64,000 nt of DNA from the human T2T-CHM13v2.0 reference genome, Homo sapiens (GCF_009914755.1 NC_060926.1), one strand, 5' to 3'; counted from the stretch's first letter, positions 47,444 through 61,948 are shown. The notes: generated by a model not told the origin, from the sequence alone. Translations and numbers: made by a program.

Positions 47444-50400
47444 AATAATATTTTTCAACAGAATGTACATTAGAGATAATCTAGCTGAAATCCTATTTTG
47501 CGTCTAAGGGAACAGGACGGGTTAACTGACTTGCTCAAGTTTACAGGTGACCTAAAGTAGAGTCTAAATTTGTTCTATTTTAGTCATTGAATATTAATTT
47601 GTTCTATTTAAGATATTGATAGCAGCACCCCTGCAACATCCCCCACCATTATATGGAAAGCATAGATTCTAATAATTTTGTTGTAATTCTGTTTTTTGCC
47701 AACACCTTTATAAGGTAGTTCAATACATTGAAAGAAACAAAATGCCAGTAGACTAGAAGAGGTAAATACATGAATATAGAAGCAAAAAGACAACAATCTC
47801 TCAAGTACTGAGCCTGCTTTTGGGTGCAGATATATTCCTAAGATTCAGCAAGTCAGTGCAGCTTCCTACCACTGGACCAGGGGGAACATCTGCATGTATT
47901 ATCCAAGACTGCCTCCCACTCCCATCCCCTCCAACACACTTATCTACATGCCTAGCCCTTCAGCATTCTCACCTTGGAAACACAGCCACTTACTCCACCA
48001 CCCTTCTCAGAGTTGTGTTCGGAGATGTCTGCCTCAAGGGATGCTTTCAGTGTTTAACCGTCATGACAATATGAAATAAATAAATGCTAAAAAAATAATT
48101 AGTTGTAATAAACTGAAGTTTTGAAAGAACTTTACTCCAGAAATGCCCCTGTATCTTAGACTAACATTGTCCAGTACCAAATCCCAAATAATGATGTAAA
48201 GGAGGTAATTATCAGGTATAATGTACAAATGAGATCACTGTACCATTATACTCACATTTGGTTGGCTTGGTGCAGGTGCCCTTGCCTGGGTGAGTCCCCA
48301 GCTCCCCAGGCTTTGGTGGGTTCTCCCAGAAGTGTTCCACATGTGTGGCACCTCCATGGCACGTGCACTGTCCCACCTCTCTGCTGGGCATAGATGTCCA
48401 CTTCTGGTGGCTGTCCTACGAGTGCCTGAGGTGAAGTGGGGGAGACCAAATCTTTCTCCTTGGAATGAATCCAGACACAGGAGGCCAAAGCAGTGTCACT
48501 TGGTGGCCAGTGCTACTGAATTGAGAACAGTGGCCTCCTTTCTGTCCAGGACCAGACCTGCATCCAGGGAAGTGGGCTGGAGACAGGGTAGGGATGCTGA
48601 GCTATTTCCAGTTAATTCTTGAGAAGCAGAAACTCTAAGGAAAGTGTTTCCCTGAGTCCACAGAACCATCAGTGGTGATCCACAGATGGGTTTGCTGGAA
48701 TCTGAGAATACATCTGGTGTGGTGTAAGAAATTGAGTGTTGCAAATGCATAGGTAAATGTTTTCTGTGGTATTGGACAGGGTCCAATACCAATACTTTCA
48801 GCAGGTTCTCAAAGGGGTCTATGAGCCAAAAAGATTAAGGACTGTCTCCCCCTCCAAGGCTTTGCTATCAGGTTAAGCTTCTCAACCCATAGCTGCTTCC
48901 TCACTTGCCAGGGGTCCTTTGGGCCCTTCCTCTTTGGGACAGCTGACTGTGAGAGAAGGCCATTTGCTCTGCTCTGCAAAGAGATTCCTCCCTGCAAATT
49001 CTCCAAATATGCCTAAATATGCCTGAACCCAATAGAAAACTATGGCTCCAAAAGACATCCTTGCTACATGAGTTTAATTAAATTTAGAAAGGTAGGTTTG
49101 CACATCTTATTGCCAGCCCTCCTGCGTTTGTAGCAGAGGTTGTATTATCATTTTAAAACAGCCTTGGGGAAAAAATTCTTTTTCTTAGAGAGAGTGACAA
49201 CTTATTCTGGGGAAATAGCAAGAGTGGTAATGGAGAGTGTTGATTTAATTAGTTTTACTGCCTATCTGCATCGCCTGGGAACAGGTAAAATAACTAAATA
49301 AAATGATAGCAGTTCATCTTCGTGATCCCCACAATCAAGTCAGAAGGAACTTACTAAATAATGGAAGCCACTGTGCAAGGCACAGTTCAAAGAATACTAA
49401 GAAGGTTTTAGGTCCCAGGATTCAGAGGCACACCTGCCATGGGCCCTCTGAAACCAAAGTCTAAAGGGATTGCACACACCGGTTTAAAGCAATAAAATGG
49501 CTCCTGCCTGGGAGAAGGCACCTTTATGTTGGAGTAGTTGGTGATGGGAGGGGGCAGAGGCCAGTATAAAATTTGGGAGGAAACACTATGTCGATAAGAA
49601 TCTCATATTTCTATAGTTTGTATTGATTTGTACTTAATCCCACCCTTTCCCTGTTTTTTTGCTTTGAAGTGGTTCAGTTAATTAAATGGCTTGTTTACCT
49701 TTTCAGACTTATGTCCTAGAACATCCTATTTTCTTCCAAACATCTCTGGAGAAAGCAGGAAACTGCTTCCCACTTACTTGCAGGGGCAGCAAAACAACAG
49801 GCTTTCTTTTTCCTTTGGCTGTTTTTGTTGTAACAGTTCCCATCTGCTTCCTAGAGAAGAAAAAGAAAACTGCATTGCATTCAACACATGCAGGATCAAG
49901 GTTTCACACTGATTATTGAAATTAGAGCCAAGCGCATTTGCAATTGCTCCAGACGGGTCCCTTTATCGACTGAACTGCTCTTAGGAGGGAGCTGTGCCGG
50001 GAAGTCAAGCTTACCAGCGTCAAAGCTCTAGCAGCTAAAACAGTGCACCCCCTGCTCGTCGAAAATGACTCCTGATCTTCCTAAATGCCAAACTGGTCTT
50101 GTCTCTAAGGATTTTGACTTATCCTAAATTGTCAAGTTCCAGCATTGCCTAATAGCTTAGCTCCACTCCCTGTGTTTGCTTTTAATGAGCAGTATTTTAC
50201 CTACGTCTCCAGATAGTGAGAGTAGGCGAGCAGGTTGCGTGGAATCAACACCGACTGGGACACCTGTGGATGACTGCCTCCTGCCTCAGTTACTAGCAAA
50301 TCAACCCCCACTTCTGCCTCCCTGCTCGCGGAGGCCCCCACAGCAGCTCCACCTGTTTGGGGATGCCAGGCAGCTTACATCTACCGGCTTTATTAGTTGG

Positions 50401-51219
50401 CTGGAAACCTGCTCTCCCCCTCCAGGTCCTGGCACTCACAGATGATGGGTCTTAACTTCTGGGTGTGACGGTATGCAAACACGTGCACGGCATCCTTCCA
50501 TTATCTGTTGGTTTCTCTCTTCAGTGGCTAATTTGCCCGGGGGCTCTGTAATGGGAGTCCAGGCATGGAGTTCTCGGTGAACAGGATTGCATTTCCGTCT
50601 GCAATGCATGTTTCCAGCTTTATTTTAGAAAATGTTCTAAGGGATGCAGAAAAGGGAATCACCCTGCATTTCTCTGAGATAGTCATGGCCAGAGCACAAC
50701 ATATTAGAGTTATCAGGGATGTCCCTAAATGAGAAAGCCCTTTGCCAAGGGTTTGTATTTGGCTAGCAAAATTCAAAAGAAGGAAAGAGAAAGGAGGGAG
50801 AGAGTCTCTGTCTCATAAAATATGGTTACTGTCCTGCTGTTGTCATGCTCTGTGTGAGGTTCCCCCTGTGGCTCACTTTATAGAATCTGATAATGGCATG
50901 AGGTTTCAGAAAGAAAACCAGATGACATCACCCCATGGAAGCAAAATTCACACTCAAAGCAGATAGAGATGATTTTTAACCTGTTCGAGATTTCAACAGA
51001 CATCATGATTCAGAAGCATCTATGACTTTTTAGCATTAGTGTCTCCAGTCGTCATTTACTATTATTTATTAAATATGTGGGATCATCTTTCCCTACCTTC
51101 ATCACCATAAAGATATAGCAAATGGACTAGGGTATCCAAATACTGCTATGTGATCAGAAAGCCATTTCATGAAAACCAATTCACGATTTTCATAAATTTA
51201 ATACATGCCAATTTCCCAG

Positions 51220-51560
51220 TAGAATGCTGGTTACAGAGGCTGGTGGGTGGAGGGAATGGGGAGACGATGGCGAAAGGGTGCAAAATCTCAGAAGGAATAC
51301 TGTTTTTTTCTTTTTTTTTTTTTGAGATCTATTGAACAGTGTGGTGAATATAGTTAATAATAAGAGTACTGAACATTTCAAAATTGCTAAGACAGTAAAT
51401 TTTAAATGTTCTGACCATAAAAAATGTTACTTATTTGAGGTGACAAATATGTTAACTAGCTTGATTTAATTATTCCACATTGGATTTATAAATCATGAAA
51501 TCACTTTGTACCCCATAAACTTATACAATTATAAATTGTTGATTTACAATAAGATATTCT
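51220..51560 (+). mobile_element. L1MA 3' end fragment
   Basis: gagatctattgaacag..catttcaaaattgctaag..aactagcttgatttaatt. Confidence 0.8.
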
Positions 51561-52044
51561 TAAAAATTCCTCTGGTAATTTTTGGAGCCAACCATATAGG
51601 AATGTGTCAATTGTGGGAGTTAATTAATTTTTTTTGTTGTACTGCCATCAATGGTGGGACAGATTACTCTGTACCACTTTAGGAATTTTATGTTTATATA
51701 AATCATTTTAGCAGACTAGTTCCTAGAGTTTATTCTTTTCCATCAGTTTAGTAATTAATAAAAATGTTCTTCTTTCCAAGTCCTCATGGACACAACGCCA
51801 AATAAGAATGGTCTGGAAGCCCACACATGGGTAAAATTGGAAGATAATCTGATTAAGAAAAGCAAAAATCATTTAATCAAAATCTATTCTCCTCTCCCAC
51901 CACTCACACACCTACTTACCAGGTTTATTTATTTTTTCCCCTGAGCTTGGGAGACACATTTTGCTCTCAAATAGAAGTGATCTGGGGCACCAAATGCCTC
52001 TGGGCTTTATATTTGTGGTCCTTCTTCTGCTCTGAATAACAGAG

Positions 52045-52232
52045 GGTTTCAAGCCTTTTGATGATTGTTAGGTCTGCTCATGAAGGTCACCTGGGGAGTC
52101 TCTTTGTTTTCCTGTCAATGCCAGGGGCTCATCATTTTAGATTAGGATTTAGTTGATCTAATGATGAGGGCATGGCTTTGATATTTTTTGGAATCTTCAC
52201 AGGTAATTCTTAGCTAGGTTGAGAGCCCCTAG
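52045..52232. mobile_element. MER5-like hAT-Charlie fragment
   Basis: gtcacctggggag..caggtaattct..ggttgagagcc. Confidence 0.45.
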
Positions 52233-52789
52233 ATTAAACTCATTTCAGCATTATCAGAAGGAGAATAAATCAGTTCAAGTTAAAACAAAGAGGCAAATGA
52301 AGGTAAAAGGAGCCTACTACCCCAATAACTGACTTTGCTTTCTTTGGGAGTCTTAATAATATCCTTCAGAGCCAGGTGGGAGTCTCATTTATTTCAGTAT
52401 TCTTAGCACAGCACCTGAACATTTTATTTGTAGAATGAATTAAGAAGATTATGATTTATTTTCATGTTATAATAGTGATTCATAATAAATTTCCAGAAAT
52501 CATTTATATGACATCCTCAACTTACAAACACTATGGAACAACGAAAAGTAAGAAAGAAAAGAAATGCTGTTGAGCAGCCAAAATAGATGTCAAAAAGACT
52601 AGGATGATTCTAGTACACTTTATTTCTGGGAGCATCCCTCAGGCTGCTCTGGGAGCTCTGTTCCTTTTTTACACACAGTTTTAACAGTCTTCTTCTCTGA
52701 TTTCTCCATTCGTAGAAACTAAAAAGGGTAAAAAAATGACTACTTTGCAATTTGACACTAAAAAAATTATGCATTATAAAAGTAAATAG

Positions 52790-53098
<309 letters not shown>

Positions 53099-53319
53099 TC
53101 AGAGAATATTACAATCATGCTGGATACATGGAGATTATAAAAATAAACTCTTTGAATGAGTATCAAGTGAGCTTCTACCTAGTACCAGGCCCCAGTGTTC
53201 TTGCTCTTGAGATGCTTCAAGTGTAATAACATTATAAACATGATGCTGTCATCACTGCTGCTACTGCTGCTGCTTGGTTTTTGTTGTCCAAAACATTTCA
53301 TAGTTTTTATTACTGAGGC

Positions 53320-53920
53320 CCTAGTTCAGGCCATTCTCATGGCCTCAGAACTCTTTCTCTGATACGTATAACTTCCTCCAATCCCTCTTTTATATTGCTT
53401 CCAGAAAGATCTCCCTAAATGCAAATCCCATCATATTAGTACCAATTAGAAACCTCTAGCAATCCCCACAAGCTACAGGATTTAGCATAGACCACTGTAT
53501 AAGTCTCTTCATGATTGATCCATATCTATCTCCCAGCCTCCTTGTACCTCTCCTACTTCTCATTTCAAGCTCTATGAACTGCTCTGGTTCTCTCCATACA
53601 CTGTACTATCTTCATGCCATGCTTTCTCACTGGATGCCTTTTCTTCTTGCCATTTTAGCTACCTGAATCTCCAGGAAGTTTTTCTCAGCACCTACTCAAG
53701 CCACACATATGCCAACCACCTAGCTAGGCTAGTTATCTTCCCTTTTATCTTACCATACATTGAAATAATGTTCATATGTGTTTACTTTCATGGTCACTTC
53801 CTCCTCTCCACTGCCCTTCTTCCTTTCCTACTTCCCAGCATTTTAAGAAACCAGAAGGTGGGAATCATCTGTTTACCATCTTTTCAGTGTTTGATATAAA
53901 CAATAAGTGACAGTTGAATG
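53320..53920 (-). mobile_element. Degraded L2 fragment
   Basis: ctagttcaggcc..tccaatcc..ccagaaagatct..aaatgcaaatc..gttgaatg. Confidence 0.55.
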
Positions 53921-54211
53921 GAACTAAATTAAAAGCTCTTTTCCATTCATTTTTCCATTTTTGTAACTCAGATGTCATGTCTCAGCAGGAGTCTCTGTAC
54001 GTAGTTCACAAGCTCTGTGTTTTTACAAATGGTTTCCAGGATTTGGCCGTGGAATATGATGCTCTGACAGTGATACGGCAAAGTCATGGGGAGCATTGGA
54101 GATGGCATGAGCTGCCTGGGATAAATTTGTAAAAGTTTTAGTTTCTGTGAGCCTTGATTCCTTGTCTGTTTTTTGGATATGTGCAGTGCCTGACATGCCA
54201 AAGATAGAATA

Positions 54212-54420
54212 GCTAAAAATGTATTGAGCACTTACTATAATTGTTTTTATTTGATCTCCACAATACATTTTGGCAAATGCAAGGCAAGTAGTAGTATTCC
54301 CATTTTATAGAGGAGGACGTGGAGTCTCAAACTGGCTTAAGGTAACATGCCCGGTAAGTACTGGTTCTGCTGACAAAAACTTAGAAATTCTGATTTTTAG
54401 TTCATTGTTTTTTCCATGAC
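54212..54420 (-). mobile_element. MIR
   Basis: gtattgagcacttacta..attcccattttatagaggagg. Confidence 0.65.
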
Positions 54421-55033
54421 TATATGACATCCACATATGTGCCACAAATTATGGTTTTAATGATGAACTTGACTCATCAAGAAAAGATTGTAGCCAGTAT
54501 ACCATGTTGCAAATGATATACTTGCTATAATATACTGCACAGGCAAGACCATAGGTAATAACTTTTAGAAAGTGTTCCAGCCAAAAGTTTAAATAAAACC
54601 AAGAGAAAAGAAGTTCTGAAGGGACTAAGATTCATGTATTATAAAAAATAAGCTTACACTGAACACCTTATCCCCTGAGTTATAAATCAAGTATTATTAT
54701 AGCCAAATTTTAGTATTATTGTAGTAGATTTATTAAGAAATTAGGATAATAGGACAGAGAGGTTCCTTCAGTTGTGTTCTCAATTACTGATTGTCCTTTA
54801 GTTAAAGTCATGCTTTGCCTAGTCCATAATAGCAATGGGCAAATTTTAGAGACCTTGCATTGAAAGCCGTCTTCAGTAATCCTCCTGTTAGTTTTCTAGA
54901 ATTGCTACCTAAGAACTAGCCTAAATCTTTCATAAATACCTAAAACCACTTTTCTTTTATTTCTATTCTTAAATTAGAGGTTATCTGGTTCCTTTACTTG
55001 TCTTGACTCACTGGGTCCTCTTCCATATTATAA

Positions 55034-55335
<302 letters not shown>

Positions 55336-55683
55336 TGGTTTTTTTTGTTTTTTTTTTTTTTTGTTGTTGTTTGTTTGTTTTTTTAAAGTAAGGGCTATAA
55401 ACCAGATTCTGTTTGTGAGGGGGAAACAAGTGAATTGATTCCCAGGGCATTAAAAAATCTTTATTTTTTACCAAAAAATATTTGGTTGTTTGAGATGGAC
55501 CTCCTTGGAGCCCTAGTCTGAAGTTGGGTCTACTCAGTATAATCTTTGGAAATGTTTATTGCTTTAATCTGGGCCTCACATACAGCACTGCCTAGATGCG
55601 GCAGTATAATAGGTATCCTTTCAAATGAAGCTAATAAAGCTTCTTTAATCTTATGAGCTAGACTGTTCTGCCTTCTCCTGGTT

Positions 55684-55697
55684 ACACTAGGGGGCAC
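55684..55697 (+). promoter_or_regulatory. Candidate CTCF site (forward), adjacent to MER5A-like fragment
   Basis: ACACTAGGGGGCAC, one mismatch to core. Confidence 0.5.
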
Positions 55698-55699
55698 CT

Positions 55700-55828
55700 G
55701 CTATGATGCAGATTTCTGGGAGCCACTTACACCTTCCTGAATAATAATCTCTAGGGTGGGACTCTGGCATCTGCATTTTAATAATCTTTCCAGGTGATTG
55801 TTCTACACACTATCTTTGAGAATCTGTG
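55700..55828. mobile_element. MER5A-like fragment
   Basis: atgcagatttctggg..aatctctagggtggg..atctgcattttaa..ccaggtgatt..tttgagaatc. Confidence 0.65.
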
Positions 55829-57328
55829 ATCCAGGTTGTATTTTGCACCTCAGTGACTAGTGGGTCAGTTTATGTTTTTTGCCTGTAGATGAAGCAAACA
55901 ACCACCCTATTGAAAAGTTCTCGCGCTCTGGCCTGAGAGTGGTACTTTTGCACTCTTACTTGGTGTTCTGCTTCCAAACTGATTTCAGTGCTTAGCTGCC
56001 CGCTATATTGATTTTAAAATGGGCTCAGCCATGTTGGGAATTCTAAGAGTGAGAGTTAAAGCTAGCCTTTTGTTTTAACAAAGGCGTGAACTTGGCTACC
56101 AGCTATCCATAATGATACTGCCTCTCAGGAGAGACTCTTATTACCAGGAGCCATGAGGAAGAGTCTACTGATCTTTATCCTGAAGAGCTAGAAATCAAAA
56201 TGCAAAGTGTTTCTTCACTAGAGGGTTCTCTTATTTATCATGCAAGCTTTGATTTTAACATTCAGTCTCATACGTGCCATGTGTTTATATTTAGTGGAAA
56301 GTGAAACCATCATTGGCATCCAAATTGTGAATTCTCTTAGGGAGGGCATCCGAATGGAATTCCGACTCCTTGAAGGAAAGAGAGCTTGTGTTTTACAACA
56401 TCCTTTTATCATTTGAAACTTTTGGGTCCTGTAGGTTAAATGTTGTCAGTTGCTCTTCAAGGAGATTTTACCAGCTATTTGCACTCCTCTAGTCCGTGCT
56501 CTTTTCATGTCAGACAAATATGCCTAAGATGGTAGGCATCTCAAAGAGGAAAAAGAAAGGCTGCCTTTTTTTTTCCAGTTCACCAAACTATATATTTTAT
56601 AGTACAAATGCACTTCCAATCAACAGTAAAAGACAAATGTATTTTATTCTAATAACAATGTCATTATTAGCATAAATAGGCACAATTTCTCAGTTTTTAA
56701 AAATAGAGCCATATGAAACTATGCCCTGGTTATACAATTCCCAAAAAACTGGTGCTTAGTTATAAAAAGCATGGCATTGTTGGGGCAAGAGAAAAGCCCA
56801 GAACCTAGGAGAAATGTGGGAAAAGTCCGTGTGAATGGCATTGAGAGTCATAGGCCTCAAGAAACCATTTACATTATTTAAGCAAATTGGGTGTTTCCTC
56901 TTTCATAGTAACTGTATTACAGTTTCTTAACTTGTAAGGAAAACAGAAAAAAAAAAAATCTGAAGTAACACTAAACGTCTTAACTTGCTTTTTATATTTA
57001 TAACCAACCATTCTTATTTGATATTTATTATATGCTTATTTTCTAATTATAATTTCATAGAGTCCTTTGAAATTGTCACTGTGTCACTATAAGTGAAAAG
57101 TATATGTTTTTATTACAGTGGGACAACTGATTATATTTGCGTGATTCTGAAACAGTGACATATTCATTGTAAAAAATTCAAACTGTACCAAAAATTATAA
57201 TCAAAATATAAAGCCATAGAGAAATCTACAACTCAAGGGTAACTTCTTTTATCAGTGAGGATTAACCACTTTTATCAGACATCTCTCCATGCATAAATAC
57301 AAACACGCAGGTGTAGTTTTAAAATTTA

Positions 57329-57618
57329 GGCCAGGTGCAGTGGCTTACGCCTGTAATCTGAGCAATTTAGGAGGCTGAGGCAGGCGGATCTCCTGAGGTC
57401 ATGGGTTTGAGAACAGCCTGCCCAACATGCCAAAACCCCTTCTCTACTAAAAATACAAACAATTAGCCAGGAGTGGTGGTGGGTGCCTGTAATCCTAGCT
57501 ACTTGGGAAGCTGAGGCAGGAGAATCGCTTGAACCCGGGAGGTGGAGGTTGCAGTGAGCCAAGATCAGTGCCACTGCACTCCAGCGTGGGTGACAAGAGC
57601 GAAACTCCAAAAAAAAAT
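57329..57618 (+). mobile_element. AluSq/Sp-like
   Basis: Alu dimer ending gacaagagcgaaactcc plus short tail. Confidence 0.92.
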
Positions 57619-58675
57619 TAACGGGAATGTGATCACACTCAGGATGCATTCTGCAACCATTTATTTTTCCCACTTAGACATATATGATTGATATCTTTTC
57701 ATGTCAATAATTGGAGATGTTGTCATTTTTAATGGCCTTGTTGTTTCCGACTGCATGTTTGTTCCCTAGTTTTTTTTTTAACTCCTGTCCTAGGCATGAA
57801 CTTATTTTTTCCTATTTCAAAGCATACTTGTGCATAAATCTTTTTAAATTTACATAGTTATAGTCTTAGAATAAAATCTTGGACATGGAATTTCTGGGCC
57901 AAAATTTAGGCATAACTAACATGATGATTGATACATACGACCAACCATCCTTCCAGAAAAGTTGAAGCAATTTTCATTTACTACGAACAGTGTATGGATA
58001 TGTCTATTTCCCTACCCTCTTTAATACCAGGTTTAAAAAAATTAGAAAATTTATTTGCTAATATGCTAGATCAAAAACATGTTGATTTCATTCATATTAC
58101 TTCAGTAAGGAGAAACATCTTCTCCTATTAGGCATTTGTGTATATTTTATCTTTTTTGGTTTGCCTTTTTGTCTGGTTTTCTATGAGATAATTTCTTTTT
58201 TGAAAGAGTTCACCTACCGCATTTTATGAGTTCTCTGTATACGAATATGAACCTTTGTAAGTCAAAAGGATTGTAAATATTTTCCCTAGTTTGTTTTGTA
58301 TGTTTAAATAGTCTTCATAGTATTTTAAGTTTTTTAAAACAGTGTTTTTACAGGTTTTTACATCAGTGATGAGTTTTTTATTTTTCGTAACAGGAGTTGT
58401 GATTTTTTTTACAATGTAAGGAAGTTTTTTATTTTTTAAAACTTGAGATTATGTTTTTCTTATGTGGAATATAAGATATAAAATTCAAACATTCTTGTGA
58501 TAAGCAAACATTTTGCATTTACTTTGGCTCTGTTATCTTATTACTTCAATTTGGATTATACCTTTGAGACTAGGAGCATAAACATACAATTGATGAATTT
58601 GTTATTTCTTCTTTACAGATAAATTTTTCTCTGAGTCTAGGTCACCACTAAAGACTTAAAATTGGCTAATTTGAC

Positions 58676-59305
58676 ATAAAAAAGAATGAAATCATGTTCC
58701 TTGCAGCAACCTCGGTGCAGCTGGAGGGCATTATCCTAAGTGAAATAACGCAGAAACAGAAAATCAGATTCTGCATATTTTCACTTGGGAGCTAAACGAT
58801 GAGTACACATGGACATAAAGATGGAAACACCAGGCACTGGGGACTCCATAAGTGGGGAAGAAGGGAGGGGGGGCAAGTTGAAAAACTGCCTATTGGGTCC
58901 TATGTTCATTAGAAGCCCAAACCCCCAGCATCATGCCATACATATATATATAAAATTATTATATATAATATATAAATATATATTTTATATATATATTTGT
59001 TCATTAGAAGCCCAAACCCCAGCATCATGCCATATATATATAAAATATTATATATATAATATATAAATATATATTATATTTGTTATATATATATAATAAA
59101 TATATATTATATTTGTTATATATATATAATAAATATAATATATATTTATTATATATATATAACAAATATATATATTTGTTATATATATAAAATATATATA
59201 ACGTTATATATATAAAATATATATAATGTTATATATATAAAATGTTTTATATATATATAACAAACCTACACATGTATCCACTGAACCTATAATAAAATAA
59301 ATAAA
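58676..59305 (+). mobile_element. L1PB 3' end with internal tandem duplication and AT expansion
   Basis: aagaatgaaatcatgt..gcagctggagg..aagcccaaaccccagcatcatgc..aacaaacctacacatgtatcc. Confidence 0.85.
58938..59258. repeat. AT-rich palindromic low-complexity expansion
   Basis: Almost entirely A/T; perfect inverted repeats 59108-59170 and 59152-59189. Confidence 0.93.
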
Positions 59306-60935
59306 TGCAAGGTAGCAAAAAGTTGGCTAATTTGAGAGAATCTTATAATTTACAAATTTAAAATGAAAAAAATTATTTGACTTATCCATTTACTATGCAA
59401 ATTTATATAGCATGTAATAATGTACAAAAAACATTCTCACATGTTTAGTTATATGTGCTTCTTAGAATCACCCTGTGAGTTGAATACTATTATATCTATT
59501 TTATATATGTGAAAAACTGAGGCTTTGGGGAAACAACATACAATATTTTTCTGACATAAGATCACTGAACTAATGTGCGTATGACATGATCAGGATTTGA
59601 ATTCAGGTCTTTGCAAATTATGTATTTTTCTTATTTACTTCTGCTATATCCTAATTTTACTTTTTCACTATAATAAAAATAAACAGCAGATGCTTAATGT
59701 CAAGCTTGTCGAATTATCTGTTAAGTGACTTCTTAAAATGAAAAATATGACATGAAGATATTTTCATTGCACCTACAGAAGGAATTCTGACGACTAGAGG
59801 TTTTATGCATTTTGAGCACTTAGCTAGGAATAGAAGAATACATCAGTCATTCTGGCTGTAGAAATGTTAGCCAAAGACATAAAGGCAATTACCAAGTCAC
59901 ACTCCATAGCTGCTGAGAACCTGCAATGACATGTCCTTGATGAATTCCCCTATGGAGCTAATTACATGGAGGAGGGAAGGAGGCAAACGTAGCATCCCCT
60001 GTGGAATTTGCTCTTGCACTGCACAGCTTCTCCTCAACCCACCACGGTACTAGAAACTAATATTTTCCCAAAGAGACATGACACCTCTGACATCGAGGGA
60101 CATCATATTAACAAAACAAGGATCAGATGGAAGAAACACTGTTAAGAAAAGCCAGAATCCACACAGACCTGCAGAGATGGAGTGAAATCCTTCACCCTGT
60201 CACCTGAAGATGCCTGTGCTTATCTACGGTGTATATTCCTTGAGGCTAACTTAATCTTTATCCGTCAAACAGCTCCTGGACACTTCTTTCCTCCCCGCAT
60301 GTTTCTTCTCCCTGATGGCACCCCAGGCAGTGGGTGCCCATTTTCCAAAAGATCCCCAAATTCAATCTCCTTGGTCAGTCTCTTTAGGCTCCCTTTGGGA
60401 GTCTGCACAACAGGATTTCCATCTGATGCTCTGCCAGGTCTTTCTCCTTCGTTTGTTCGTTTTTCCAGTGGGAATTTTCTTGGTTCTCTTTCCCAGTGAC
60501 ATTGAATGCAGTATAGTTTTTTTGCGTTTTGTTTTAAACACTATCTGAGAGAAAAATTCGACATAACCGTATCTATTTCTGCTCTGAAAAGCCAGAATTC
60601 ATTTAGGGTAGAAAAGAAAATCAACGGTGCTGTGGATGGTGAATAAGACAAATTAAAATTGTTTTTTCCTTTTACAATAGTTTAATTTTGATAGACAGCT
60701 ATCACTGTAGCTTTAAGTAAGAGGCATCTGCAGTTACATTTTCCCCCTTGCTGGTCCTATGCAAAGTCAATATATCATTGACTTTTACTTCACGCAGGTT
60801 CCTTCCTCTGCCTATTTGTGAGTATATATTACAATGTGCCTTTAAAAAACTCATTATTTTCTTTTTAATACTCAAGAGGTTGTTTCTCTCCTAAAGCATC
60901 ATGGTTCTTGAGATGAGGAGAAATCCTCCTGAGAA

Positions 60936-61179
60936 AAAGGTTGCCACATTTAGCAAATAAAAATATAGGATGCCCACTTAAATTTGACTTTTAGATAAAC
61001 AATAAATAATCTTCTAGTATAAGTAGGTCCCAAATATTGCATGTGTATTTATGAAACATACTTCTGCAATGTGCAATATTGTACTAAACATTATTTAAAA
61101 TATTACACCAAACAATTATTCATTGTTTATTTGAAATTCAAATTTAACTGGGTAGTTTATGTTTTATCTGGCAACCCTA
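60936..61179. mobile_element. MER53 palindromic hAT MITE with central insertion
   Basis: TIRs aaaggttgccac / ctggcaacccta; 8-bp TSD cctgagaa (60928-60935) / cctgagac (61180-61187). Confidence 0.85.
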
Positions 61180-61930
61180 CCTGAGACCGGTTTTCCGATT
61201 CTACAGAGACCAGAACTAGACTGTGTCAGAGGAAGCAGTATGTTTTTTAACTTTCACAATAAGTGAAGTAGAGTGGCACTCTTTTCTCATTAGAAATAGC
61301 ATAGGAAGAGGTGTTAGTTCAAATACGTATATCCTTTCCAGGGTTGACCCACACTAGCACTTCAGAATCAGGGTGGACGATGAGATATATGTGTTTAATA
61401 GTGTTTTATAAATAATTGCTTGAAGCTACTCACGGCTTCTTTTGAAAGCATTCATTTTAATTAACTGGCATTCTTTTGTACTTCTTCCCTGAGGTAATTT
61501 TAACAAATCTTGACTCTATAGATCTAATCAGTAATTTCCTGAGTCTATTTAAATACTGCCATTTACAAATTTTTGAGGATTGCAGTAAGCTTTAATGAAA
61601 TGTAGGATAATGAAAGGTAAACAAAATATCATGGCCACTGAAGTCCCTAAAAATAAAAATAAAAAGTACTCCAAAGTGTTAAATGGAAACACAATTCCTT
61701 CAGGGCATGCTGTCTATAAATCACAACTGAAGGTCCAACCAAGGTTAAGTGTAACTAGTATTGTTAGACTTCAAATGAGTCATATTTTTAAAAAACACCA
61801 AATTCTGAATATCAAACTGAAATCTTACTAGAGTCTGAAAGAAACCTGATTATAAGACTAAAATATTAAGGTCAACAATTTTCAGTTGGATAAACTCAAA
61901 GAGGAAGTCTATTGCCATGCATCACAGCTA

Positions 61931-61948
61931 CACTGCCACCTACTGGCC
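61931..61948 (-). promoter_or_regulatory. Candidate CTCF site (reverse), near-perfect consensus
   Basis: Minus strand GGCCAGTAGGTGGCAGTG. Confidence 0.75.

Noticed and set aside
48252-49006. Cluster of 65-110-aa ORFs in GC-richer sequence
   Set aside because: No recognisable domain or splice structure; may be an ancient LTR that I cannot classify
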